Source: a virus (taxonomy: Duplodnaviria > Caudoviricetes). Taken from it: a DNA stretch of 31,768 nucleotides. A program made the translations under genes and the position numbers. Where the stretch lies: IMG/VR virus record IMGVR_UViG_3300017914_000231, positions 1 through 31,768 of that record. The stretch is one strand, 5' to 3'. The notes under the pieces were generated by a model. The model had not been told where the DNA came from, did no database searches, and saw only the letters and a program-made list of their open reading frames with translations. Shown piece after piece: positions 17,443 through 26,042 of the stretch. Numbering within the stretch: position 1 is the first letter of the stretch; the number at the start of each line of letters is the position of its first letter.

Positions 17443-17970
17443 ATGCTTACTACAACTTACTACAATGTTTATGAGACTATCCCCGCTACTGCATTGGGCA
17501 ATCCTTATGTTATGGGCAAGGAAAGACTAGTCAACCATCACGACAAGTTCTACACTGAAGCTGAAGCGCAAGAGTGCCTTGAAGCTAAACGCGAACACTG
17601 GAACGACTACCTTAAAGAACAGCTTCACTTAGCTGAAGATGCCGATATGATCGACCACCTACAGACTATGCTTGACGGCACTACCTACGAAATCAAGAAA
17701 GAAGAAGTTGTTTATACACACGCTAGCGAGCATCTTTGGTCAGACGTTATCGCCTACGAGATCGTCAGAGTTGTTAGCGAAAACACTTTAGAGGTTCGCC
17801 GAATGATTAGCGACATCATTATTGACGATGAGGTGCAGTATCAGAGCGTACCAGATAACGAGGTAGTCCGCATTCGCAGAAAGAAAAACAACCCAGAAGC
17901 ATGGGGTAGGGGCAATCTGCGTTTCACTTTAGGCACTAAGCCATACGCTTACCGCGATCCAAACTTCTAA
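17443..17970 (+). CDS. Hypothetical protein in a self-contained transcription unit
   Basis: 175-aa ORF flanked by its own promoter and terminator. Confidence 0.8.
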   Translation: MLTTTYYNVYETIPATALGNPYVMGKERLVNHHDKFYTEAEAQECLEAKREHWNDYLKEQLHLAEDADMIDHLQTMLDGTTYEIKKEEVVYTHASEHLWSDVIAYEIVRVVSENTLEVRRMISDIIIDDEVQYQSVPDNEVVRIRRKKNNPEAWGRGNLRFTLGTKPYAYRDPNF

Positions 17971-17981
17971 CCTCAAAGCTT

Positions 17982-18002
17982 GCCCCCTTCGGGGGGCTTT
18001 TT
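17982..18002 (+). terminator. Intrinsic terminator
   Basis: GCCCCC-TTCG-GGGGGC followed by T5 (cUUCGg tetraloop). Confidence 0.9.
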
Positions 18003-18046
18003 ACCGTATCAGGTGTAATGTTGATACGCTTAATCTGGAGATAGTT

Positions 18047-18244
18047 ATGAGCAAATATGCAATCAAAAAACCAACTACCCGCAAGGTCGTTAATCGCGGC
18101 TATCGCCCTGTTCGAGTTTGGCTCGATGGGTGGTATAATGGGTGGCAAGTTAAGACTGGACGCAAGTATAACCATGTGTACTTAATCAGCACAGGTCGCG
18201 TTCATAAATTACCAATCAACAAGCGCATAGTGCGCGATCTTTAA
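18047..18244 (+). CDS. Small basic hypothetical protein
   Basis: GGAG RBS; 65 aa. Confidence 0.65.
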   Translation: MSKYAIKKPTTRKVVNRGYRPVRVWLDGWYNGWQVKTGRKYNHVYLISTGRVHKLPINKRIVRDL

Positions 18245-18255
18245 GGGGATATAAT

Positions 18256-18420
18256 ATGTACGATCATCATCAACTTACCTATATGGATTTGAATAAGGAG
18301 AAGCCAGTGGACGGTATCGACATTAAGGGCATCATAGCCGGCGTTGTTTTATTCGTTATGTATGCGTTCGTTTCATCTATGGATTATCAAGACTGCTTGC
18401 GAGGTGCTGTATCATGCTAA
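18256..18420 (+). CDS. Small single-TM protein (54 aa, MYDHHQ...; not in ORF track)
   Basis: AAGGGG RBS; hydrophobic GIIAGVVLFVMYAFV; fills the gap between two genes. Confidence 0.6.
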   Translation: MYDHHQLTYMDLNKEKPVDGIDIKGIIAGVVLFVMYAFVSSMDYQDCLRGAVSC

Positions 18421-18899
18421 CCGATTATTCCTCTTTGATAGACTGGCACTATGACACGCTCGACAAAGAAGATGCGCGTCTATCCGACCTACCCGATGCT
18501 GCGAAAGATCGAGCAGTTTACCTCTGGCTCAAGAGCCACAAATCATGGTATGACGACATCTACCCCGCGTCTATCAGCCGCAGTGTAGGCGATATAGCTA
18601 CAGAGATGCTGTTCGGCAAAGCACCGGTAGCAAGCAGAATAGTTACTAACCTGTTTGTCGCTATGGCTGAAGATAGCGATCTTGTAGACAGGGACGATCT
18701 TTGGTGGACTAGTGCCGGCGATATTCATCTAGATACTATCGTCAACTTAGGCAACTTCGCAGACGAGTACAGGTCGCTAATCTACCTGTATCTAGAGGGC
18801 GATATAGAAGATGCGATATTTGAGCAAAAGGCTCAGTATGACGGCGAGATGCAACGCGAAGCCGGTATATTTTTATCTGAAATACAAGGGAACTGCTAA
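18414..18899 (+). CDS. Acidic hypothetical protein
   Basis: 161 aa; GAGGT RBS. Confidence 0.75.
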   Translation: MLTDYSSLIDWHYDTLDKEDARLSDLPDAAKDRAVYLWLKSHKSWYDDIYPASISRSVGDIATEMLFGKAPVASRIVTNLFVAMAEDSDLVDRDDLWWTSAGDIHLDTIVNLGNFADEYRSLIYLYLEGDIEDAIFEQKAQYDGEMQREAGIFLSEIQGNC

Positions 18900-19075
18900 T
18901 GACTGATCTAGCAAAAAAGTGGGCTAGCTTACGCGATCAATACCCGCCGCTTGAGAATGAGTTCGATCGAGAAGAGAGAACCGCTTTCGACCGGTGGGTT
19001 GAATCGATGGGTTATGATGGTATCATTCAAATAACAGGAGATAGCAACAATGACAAAAACCAAACAAGCGATTAG
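18899..19075 (+). CDS. Hypothetical protein (58 aa, MTDLAKKW...; not in ORF track)
   Basis: TAATG coupling with the upstream gene; AAGGGA RBS. Confidence 0.55.
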   Translation: MTDLAKKWASLRDQYPPLENEFDREERTAFDRWVESMGYDGIIQITGDSNNDKNQTSD

Positions 19076-19238
19076 CGAGGTAAATAAAATGGCTGACAAA
19101 GAGATACTTAAAGCCAAGATTGACGGTTACAAAAAGCAAGCAAAAGATTGGTTGAACGTAGAGGTCTATGGTTACAGCCGCAAGAAGATAGTTATAGCCG
19201 TTGCGGTAGTGGCAATCATCTTAGCAGAAGCATTCTAA
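19050..19238 (+). CDS. C-terminally anchored membrane protein
   Basis: AGGAG RBS; ends RKKIVIAVAVVAIILAEAF. Confidence 0.7.
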   Translation: MTKTKQAISEVNKMADKEILKAKIDGYKKQAKDWLNVEVYGYSRKKIVIAVAVVAIILAEAF

Positions 19239-19402
19239 AGACCCCTAGTAGCAAGGAGACTCCTCTTCTCCTGATTGCCAAGAGTGATGCACTTGGGCTG
19301 CGAAACGCATCATTACCTATCAGCATACACCTCATCAAGATATAGCATTAGAACGCGCCTTTAGCACTCCTTATAATACCGCCTTTATACACTGAGGCAT
19401 CA

Positions 19403-19504
19403 ATGAAAACCATCATCATACTTACCTTAATCGCGTTGGCTGCCATCGCGTATGACGATCTAGTCGCTCGCCCAAGAGTCGGTCAAAACACGCAAGAACA
19501 GTGA
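19403..19504 (+). CDS. 33-aa hydrophobic peptide MKTIIILTLIALAAIAYDDLVARPRVGQNTQEQ (not in ORF track)
   Basis: GAGG RBS; TATAAT at 19372-19377 upstream; signal- or TM-like N-terminus. Confidence 0.5.
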   Translation: MKTIIILTLIALAAIAYDDLVARPRVGQNTQEQ

Positions 19505-19533
19505 TTGCTTGACAGTCAAACCTTTGTTATAGT
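19505..19533 (+). promoter_or_regulatory. Putative promoter of the packaging/late operon with an internal palindrome
   Basis: TTGCTT-17 nt-TATAGT with extended TG; inverted repeat TTGAC-A-GTCAA at 19509-19519. Confidence 0.5.
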
Positions 19534-19572
19534 CTTAGAGCATAGAAACTAAGCCACAGGCAAGGTGAGACT

Positions 19573-19830
19573 ATGAACCAGTTATTACAGATATCTATGA
19601 GGGTAACAGACTGCGAAGAAAACGGTTGGACTGACTTGCTATCTAAGCTTGATGAGATAACTCAGAGTCTAATCGACAATCCAAGCGCGGGGCATCAAAT
19701 CAAGACAGCTTTGTTATACTGGAAAGACGCAGTAGATTGTAGGCTAAACGGACTACCGCCAGAGGAAGATGAAGTTCTTATGCGTAATCCGGCTATGTCT
19801 ATTAGGGAATCATTCGGTACAGAGGTATAA
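19573..19830 (+). CDS. Hypothetical protein
   Basis: AAGGTG RBS; stop abuts the next start. Confidence 0.7.
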   Translation: MNQLLQISMRVTDCEENGWTDLLSKLDEITQSLIDNPSAGHQIKTALLYWKDAVDCRLNGLPPEEDEVLMRNPAMSIRESFGTEV

Positions 19831-20412
19831 ATGCTAGGCATAAACTATAGGAAAACAGGGGAGTTAATACCCTATGTTAATAACTCGCGTACGCACAGCG
19901 AACAACAAATACAACAGGTAGCGGCAAGCATTAAGGAGTTCGGGTTTACTAACCCTATTCTCATCGATGATGAAGATGGGATTATTGCCGGTCATGGCAG
20001 ACTAGCGGCGGCACAGCTACTTAATCTAGATACAGTGCCTACGATAACGCTATCTGGCTTGTCGGAAGCACAGCGTAAAGCGTACGTTATAGCTGATAAC
20101 AAACTCGCTTTAAACAGCACTTGGGATAGCGAGATGCTAGTTAACGAACTGGCAGAGATAGCTAACTCAGACATCGACTTCTTGCTGACTGGCTTCGATG
20201 AGATACCAGACCTAGAACCAGAGGTAGACTTCGGCTTGCTAGATGAGGACGTAGACACCCTAGAAGATGGTTGCAAGAAAGCTATACAGATAGAGTTCGA
20301 CCTTGAGCATTACGAAGAAGCTTACGAACTGGTCAAGTTCTGGCGAGACAAGGGCGCGTATGTAGGCTATATGCTGCTTAACTATCTAAGGGCAGAGAGG
20401 GATAAGCTATGA
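19831..20412 (+). CDS. ParB/Sulfiredoxin N-terminal-domain protein
   Basis: LIPYVNNSRTHS..SIKEFGFTNPILID..IIAGHGRLAAA..AYVIADNKLA..WD motifs. Confidence 0.9.
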   Translation: MLGINYRKTGELIPYVNNSRTHSEQQIQQVAASIKEFGFTNPILIDDEDGIIAGHGRLAAAQLLNLDTVPTITLSGLSEAQRKAYVIADNKLALNSTWDSEMLVNELAEIANSDIDFLLTGFDEIPDLEPEVDFGLLDEDVDTLEDGCKKAIQIEFDLEHYEEAYELVKFWRDKGAYVGYMLLNYLRAERDKL

Positions 20413-21155
20413 AGCTAGTTGAACTTACTCAAGTTGAGCATGATATAAGCATCGGCGATATGTGCGGAGACAAGGAAGCTACCGTTAGTGATGATTGCAT
20501 CTTTACACAGGACGGTAAGCCAATCGGTTTCTTCATCAAGAAGATGCCAGAGAAAGCTTGCAAGCTTGCTAATCTAGCTAATCACGAGTTGCGTAGTGAT
20601 AATGTACCTAAGACGGCTATGGTAAGAGCATCTGGCGTAGAGCAGTTCAGTTGCATTATAGGCGGAGTACCACCGAAGCCGCATATGCGTAGACCTTATC
20701 CGAGCATATCCTCAGTACATCAAAAGAAATCAGCGCGGAACTTTATCAAGGCGATGATACTCTTAGCTAGAGAATCAGAGAAGCTTATTGAAGAACACTT
20801 GCCAGAGCAGTATGCTAAGCAGAAAGAGATATTCGATCAGATCGATGACAAGTGGAAGATAGGCAACCTGTTCACTTCATCTATTAGCAATTACAACATT
20901 AGCGCACCGTTCCACAGAGACACTGCGAACATCAAGAACACAGTCAATGTGATTATAACGAAGCGTAAGAACAGCACAGGCGGCAATCTCTGCGTACCAG
21001 ATTATAACGCCACGATAGACCAGTGCGATAACTCGATGCTAGTTTATCCGGCTTGGCGCAACGTGCATGGTGTAACACCTATCGTACCTACTCACGATGG
21101 GGGCTACAGAAACAGTTTAGTATTCTATCCCTTACAGGCATTTATCAACGCATGA
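20409..21155 (+). CDS. 2OG-Fe(II) dioxygenase, TET/JBP-like
   Basis: N..APFHRD (HxD at 20913-20921), GGNL, HGVTPI (distal His) and YRNSLVFY (2OG-binding Arg). Confidence 0.8.
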   Translation: MKLVELTQVEHDISIGDMCGDKEATVSDDCIFTQDGKPIGFFIKKMPEKACKLANLANHELRSDNVPKTAMVRASGVEQFSCIIGGVPPKPHMRRPYPSISSVHQKKSARNFIKAMILLARESEKLIEEHLPEQYAKQKEIFDQIDDKWKIGNLFTSSISNYNISAPFHRDTANIKNTVNVIITKRKNSTGGNLCVPDYNATIDQCDNSMLVYPAWRNVHGVTPIVPTHDGGYRNSLVFYPLQAFINA

Positions 21156-21535
21156 AAATAGGTAATCAAGGCGATGGGGGCGGCAGACCACCAGTAGTAT
21201 TTACAGATGAGCAGATCATCGAACTACAGGCGTTATCCGCTGTTCTTAACAAAAGCCAAGTAGCAGATTACTTTGGCATAACAGAGAAAACACTTCGAGA
21301 GGTAGAGAAGCGACAGCCAGAGGTTTCTACCGCGTATAAAAAGGGGAAAGTTAAGCAAGTAGCAAGCATGGGTTCGAACCTAGTTAAGCTTGCTAAGCAA
21401 GGCAACGTAACAGCCAATATCTTTTACCTTAAGACGCAAGGTGGTTGGAAAGAGCAAGAGGCAGAGCCGCTAGAGATACCGCCGCTAATCGTTAACGTGA
21501 GAGGTACTGATGGAACTGACGAATCCGCAGAGTGA
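21152..21535 (+). CDS. terS: Terminase small subunit
   Basis: GGRPP, HTH (VADYFGITEKTL), AYKKGK, NVTANIFYLKT..W; ATGA overlap at 21152 (track start 21053 is too early); directly upstream of TerL. Confidence 0.8.
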   Translation: MKIGNQGDGGGRPPVVFTDEQIIELQALSAVLNKSQVADYFGITEKTLREVEKRQPEVSTAYKKGKVKQVASMGSNLVKLAKQGNVTANIFYLKTQGGWKEQEAEPLEIPPLIVNVRGTDGTDESAE

Positions 21536-22721
21536 TATATTCAACTCTAGCGCAAGGTTCAGAACGGTAGTAGCGGGTCGTAGGTTTGGCAAGACGTTCT
21601 TGTCTACGATCGAGATAATTAGGGCAGCCACAGCCGGTAAGAACAAGAACTGTTGGTACATCGCGCCCACATATGGGGCTGCCAAAGAGATTGCTTGGGA
21701 TATGATGATACACACCATACCCGATGAGTATATAGCCAAGACTAACGAAACAGCGTTAACGCTTAGGCTGATAAACGGCTCTACTATCGCTCTAAAGGGA
21801 GCTGAGAAGCCTAACAACTTACGCGGACGCGCTCTAGACTTCGTTGTGCTAGATGAATTCGCCGATATGCGACCTGAGACATGGACAGAGGTAATTAGAG
21901 CTTCTCTCAGTGATAGACAGGGTAACGCTTTGTTTATCGGTACGCCTAAAGGAAGAAATCACTTCTATGAGTTGTGGGCTGATGGGCTAGGTTCTAAGGA
22001 CAACTGGGCTAGTTTCCAGTATACTACGATAGAGGGCGGCAACGTACCGCCAGATGAGATTGAACAGGCGCAGAATGATCTAGATGAGCGCACATTCAAT
22101 CAAGAGTATTGCGCTGAGTTTGTAACATACAGCGGCTTGATATATTATGCGTTTAGTAGGGAACTATCTGTTATTGATATAGAAGATAACCATAGCACCC
22201 TGTTAATCGGTATGGATTTTAACCTAGACCCGATGAGTGCGGTCATATGCATTAGGCATGGCGTTAACTTATTGGCGATAGATGAAATAGTGATGTACGG
22301 CTCTAATACAGATGAGATGGCGGCTGAGATCAAAGCCAGATATCCCGACAGGAATATAATCATCTTTCCCGATCCGGCATCAAGACAGCGCAAGACGAGT
22401 GCTGGTGGTCGCACAGATTTGTCGATCCTACAAAACGCGGGATTCAGCGTTAAGGTAAAGAAACAACACCCATTGGTCAGGGATAGAATCAACGCGGTGA
22501 ACAGTCGTTTGCTAACATCAGACGGACAAAGACACCTATTCTTTAGTCCGAAGTGTAGGCAGACGATCAAAAGTTTAGAACGACAAACATACAAAGAGGG
22601 AACAAGCCAACCTAACAAAGACGGCTTCGATCATATGAACGATGCGTTAGGTTACTTAGTAGAATACCTGTTCCCAGTTCGTAAAGAATACAACGTGCAA
22701 CAGCCGGCAAGGTGGACTTAA
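21510..22721 (+). CDS. terL: Terminase large subunit
   Basis: Walker A AGRRFGKT, LRG..LDFVVLDE Walker B, GTPKG, GMDFN, DHMNDALGY. Confidence 0.97.
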   Translation: MELTNPQSDIFNSSARFRTVVAGRRFGKTFLSTIEIIRAATAGKNKNCWYIAPTYGAAKEIAWDMMIHTIPDEYIAKTNETALTLRLINGSTIALKGAEKPNNLRGRALDFVVLDEFADMRPETWTEVIRASLSDRQGNALFIGTPKGRNHFYELWADGLGSKDNWASFQYTTIEGGNVPPDEIEQAQNDLDERTFNQEYCAEFVTYSGLIYYAFSRELSVIDIEDNHSTLLIGMDFNLDPMSAVICIRHGVNLLAIDEIVMYGSNTDEMAAEIKARYPDRNIIIFPDPASRQRKTSAGGRTDLSILQNAGFSVKVKKQHPLVRDRINAVNSRLLTSDGQRHLFFSPKCRQTIKSLERQTYKEGTSQPNKDGFDHMNDALGYLVEYLFPVRKEYNVQQPARWT

Positions 22722-24244
22722 TGGAAGAAAAAAGCGTTACAGATACGCACCCCCAGTACGACTTATATAAGAGAGATTGGGAGTTCTTTTTGCGCTCCTA
22801 TATGGGTGGTGAGAACTATACAGATGGTCATTATCTAACCCAATACGTTAACGAAGATGACAGTTCCTATCAGCGCAGACTCGATCTAACGCCAGTAGAC
22901 AACCACTGCAAGAATATCGTCCATATCTACAGTTCTTATTTATGGCGAGTGCCGCCAACAAGAGCATTCAACTCAGCAGCTAATGACACATCGTTGCAGT
23001 CATTCCTAAAAGATGCTGATCTAGATGGACGATCTTTCAATGCGTTTATGAAACAGGCTCAGGTCTGGTCTAGCGTTTACGGTCATGTTTGGATAGTTAT
23101 GGACAAGCCACCGTCAACAGCCGGCACAAAGGCTGAAGAAATGGCACAAGACATCAGACCTTACACTACACTTTACACGCCAGATAACGTATTTGACTGG
23201 GAGTATGAGCGCACACCTAGCGGTAGGTTTGTACTTAAGTATCTAAAGATTAGAGAACAAGTTAACTACATTACCGAAACCGAATACGAGGCGTACTTCA
23301 AAGAGTGGACTAAGGAAAAGATCACTACTTATATGCACAACGCTACTGGTTCAGAATTAATAGAAGAAATGGATAATCCGCTAGGGCGTATACCGGCAGT
23401 ATTCTTGCCATCAAACAGATCGGTTATTCGCGGTATAGGTGTTAGTGATCTTACTGATATCGCACCAATGCAGAAAGCTATCTATCAGGAACTATCTGAG
23501 ATAGAGCAGTTAATCAGAATTAGTAACCACCCTACGCTAGTTAAGACGTATGATACAGACGCAACAGCCGGCGCGGGTTCGGTTATCAATCTGCCAGATG
23601 ATATGGACGGAAGCTTAAAGCCATACCAAATGCAACCCTCTGGGCAGAATCTAGACGCTGTTCGCAACGCTATAGCTGACAAGGTAGAGTCAATAAATCG
23701 AATGGCTCACATGGGCGCAGTTCGTGGCACTGAAGCTGTTAAGCAGTCGGGCGTTGCGCTACAGACTGAGTTTCAGATGCTAAACGCTAAGCTGTCAGAG
23801 AAAGCAGATTTGCTTGAACTGGCTGAAGAGCAGTTGTGGCAGCTATACTGCGAGTGGCAGAACATCACAGCTGATATTGAGGTGTTCTATCCCGATTCAT
23901 TCGATCTGCGCGACTACGACAAAGAACTCATGTTCCTACAGCAACTAAGAGCAACAGGCATCAAATCTACTACTATGGCTCAAGAGATCGATAAGCGTAT
24001 TGCTGATCTACTGCTTGATGATGACATTCTTGTTAAGGCTCACACTGAGATTGAGAGCAACACTCAGAATGTAGGCGACTTCAGCGATAAGACCCAGATA
24101 TACAGCTACCATATCGATGCGGGCGTTGTAACACCTAATGAGGTTCGTGAGAAGATCGGTCTTGAAGATGTTGAGGGCGGAGACGAGCTAATGACTCCTA
24201 AAGAAGCGGCAGAACAGGGTGGTACAAACGTAGGGGAGTTCTAA
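22712..24244 (+). CDS. Portal protein
   Basis: Follows TerL; THPQY..W, NHCKNIV, LGRIP and SGVAL..EF motifs. The start is probably ATG 22721. Confidence 0.9.
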   Translation: MDLMEEKSVTDTHPQYDLYKRDWEFFLRSYMGGENYTDGHYLTQYVNEDDSSYQRRLDLTPVDNHCKNIVHIYSSYLWRVPPTRAFNSAANDTSLQSFLKDADLDGRSFNAFMKQAQVWSSVYGHVWIVMDKPPSTAGTKAEEMAQDIRPYTTLYTPDNVFDWEYERTPSGRFVLKYLKIREQVNYITETEYEAYFKEWTKEKITTYMHNATGSELIEEMDNPLGRIPAVFLPSNRSVIRGIGVSDLTDIAPMQKAIYQELSEIEQLIRISNHPTLVKTYDTDATAGAGSVINLPDDMDGSLKPYQMQPSGQNLDAVRNAIADKVESINRMAHMGAVRGTEAVKQSGVALQTEFQMLNAKLSEKADLLELAEEQLWQLYCEWQNITADIEVFYPDSFDLRDYDKELMFLQQLRATGIKSTTMAQEIDKRIADLLLDDDILVKAHTEIESNTQNVGDFSDKTQIYSYHIDAGVVTPNEVREKIGLEDVEGGDELMTPKEAAEQGGTNVGEF

Positions 24245-25732
24245 GTGGCTGTTGATACGGATCACATCACCTTAGTAGAGAGTCTGGCTAAAGGGCATCA
24301 AGACAGGTTAGTACAGGCTCTCGACAAGGCTGAAAGGCGCATTGTAGATATACTAGCTGATGCACCTACAAAGGACGGTCAGTTGTTTGATCTTGAATGG
24401 GCTGTCAACTCTAGACAGGCTATCAAGGAAGCACTAGACGAAGAGTATCTGGCGAGCGTTGATAGTGTAATCAGAGACTACTCAGCTGTAGCAGATAGTG
24501 CGGCTGAGATGATTGGCAAGTACGCTGATGTTACTAAGGTTGACGCTGATGTCATAAGGCAGCTACAAAAGCTTACCTTTCAGGGCTTCGAAGATGTCGG
24601 CTTAGAAACGCTAGACATAGTGCAAAAGCAAGTATACGAAGCGGCTCTCACTGGGCAGACGTTTGCACAGAGCGTAGACAACGTGCGTAAAGCGGTAGGT
24701 GCTGACGCTAGCCGCTATGCTACGCAACAGGTCAGAGACTCGCTGATGCAGTTCAACTCGAACATCAATGTAGCTATCGGTAAGAAAGCGGGCGCAACTC
24801 ACTGGAAGTACAGTGGCTCGCTATTCGATGACAGCCGAGAGCATTGCCGCAAGCATGAGGGCAAGATATACACTGAAGAAGAAATAAACGAGATATGGTC
24901 AGGCAGTTGGAAAGGTAAGGCAGAGGGCAACCCTTTTATTGTTCGTGGCGGCTACAACTGCGGTCATCAGTGGCGACCAGTATTCGATGTACCGGCAGAG
25001 CAAAGAGCAGACGCTAAGCCAACGCCGTTTCAGTCATCATCAGAACTAGACTTTGCTGACAAGCAAGCCAGAGTTAAGATTGATAAAGCGATGAGCAAAG
25101 TTACTGTCAAGCAGTTAGCAGTACAGAAAAAACTTAAGCAGCCGAAGACTATCCGCGAGTCGGTTGTAGACCCGAATAACGAAGCTTACTATGACAGCAA
25201 TGTCAGCTTGATTAAAGCAGACCCAGAGATAAGGGGCGGTTCTATCTTCAGGCATGAATACGGACATCATATTGATTATCAGTTGATGGAAGCTAAGCTA
25301 GGTCATAAGTATATAGCGATGAGTTCGTCAGACCCTAAGTTCCTTGACGCATTCGACGCTGACAGGAAGCACAGCAAGCTAATTAAGCGCATGGAAAAGG
25401 ACGACAGCATCAGGTCTATTCGCAAAGAGATGTATGAGATGGAATATAAATCGAGAGGCGGCTATACCTACAGCAAGGAAGTTATCATCAATGATGAGTT
25501 AGGCAACTTTAGTGATATTATCGATGCGATGACATTCGGTTATATGCAAGACAGGTACGGCGGCTATGGTCATGGTAAGGATTACTTTAAAACGAAAAGC
25601 ATGAGATACAAAGAGTGTTTTGCTAACCTGTACGCACTAAGGGCAACGCCATACTGGGATTCGCACGTTAAGAAGCACTGCCCTAACATGGCGAAGCGGT
25701 TCGATGAACTAATAGATGAGGTATTAGAATAA
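24245..25732 (+). CDS. MuF/gp7-like minor head protein with C-terminal zincin metallopeptidase domain
   Basis: SREHC and GGYNCGHQW MuF-type motifs; HEYGH at 25253-25267; GHGKDY..ECFAN. Confidence 0.85.
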   Translation: MAVDTDHITLVESLAKGHQDRLVQALDKAERRIVDILADAPTKDGQLFDLEWAVNSRQAIKEALDEEYLASVDSVIRDYSAVADSAAEMIGKYADVTKVDADVIRQLQKLTFQGFEDVGLETLDIVQKQVYEAALTGQTFAQSVDNVRKAVGADASRYATQQVRDSLMQFNSNINVAIGKKAGATHWKYSGSLFDDSREHCRKHEGKIYTEEEINEIWSGSWKGKAEGNPFIVRGGYNCGHQWRPVFDVPAEQRADAKPTPFQSSSELDFADKQARVKIDKAMSKVTVKQLAVQKKLKQPKTIRESVVDPNNEAYYDSNVSLIKADPEIRGGSIFRHEYGHHIDYQLMEAKLGHKYIAMSSSDPKFLDAFDADRKHSKLIKRMEKDDSIRSIRKEMYEMEYKSRGGYTYSKEVIINDELGNFSDIIDAMTFGYMQDRYGGYGHGKDYFKTKSMRYKECFANLYALRATPYWDSHVKKHCPNMAKRFDELIDEVLE

Positions 25733-25911
25733 TGGCAGTCTTAACGTATCAAGATGTGTTAGAGTTACACAAAGAAAAGTTCGGTCAATACCCTGTAATA
25801 ACCGGTATCAGATACAACGGTAGCGGTGATACTATAGATAGGATTATAGATGCTATTGCAAGCGGTGTTCCGTATATTGAGCAACCACCCCCAAAAGGGG
25901 TAGACATATAG
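25732..25911 (+). CDS. Putative immunity protein (59 aa, MAVLTYQDVLELHKEKFGQYP...; not in ORF track)
   Basis: TAATG coupling to the MuF gene; GAGGT RBS. Function is inferred from position. Confidence 0.65.
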   Translation: MAVLTYQDVLELHKEKFGQYPVITGIRYNGSGDTIDRIIDAIASGVPYIEQPPPKGVDI

Positions 25912-25923
25912 AGAGGTGCTATT

Positions 25924-25998
25924 ATGCCAAGTGGAAAAGGTACTTACGGTTCTAAGGTCGGTAGACCAAAGAAGAAGAAGCGTAAAACGAAAAAGTAA
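25924..25998 (+). CDS. 24-aa basic peptide MPSGKGTYGSKVGRPKKKKRKTKK (not in ORF track)
   Basis: GAGGT RBS; AT-hook-like GRP followed by a Lys/Arg tract. Confidence 0.65.
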   Translation: MPSGKGTYGSKVGRPKKKKRKTKK

Positions 25999-26042
25999 TA
26001 TATACTATTGATTCACCAACTACTCTTTAAGAGGTTCGTAAC

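Noticed and set aside
19509-19533. TTGACA as the -35 for TATAGT
   Set aside because: The spacing is only 13 nt; TTGCTT gives 17 nt.
21053-21151. N-terminal extension of TerS given in the ORF track
   Set aside because: It overlaps the dioxygenase catalytic region; ATG 21152 has the ATGA coupling.
26018-26036. Hairpin covering the scaffold RBS (CTCT-TTA-AGAG)
   Set aside because: Too weak to distinguish from chance.
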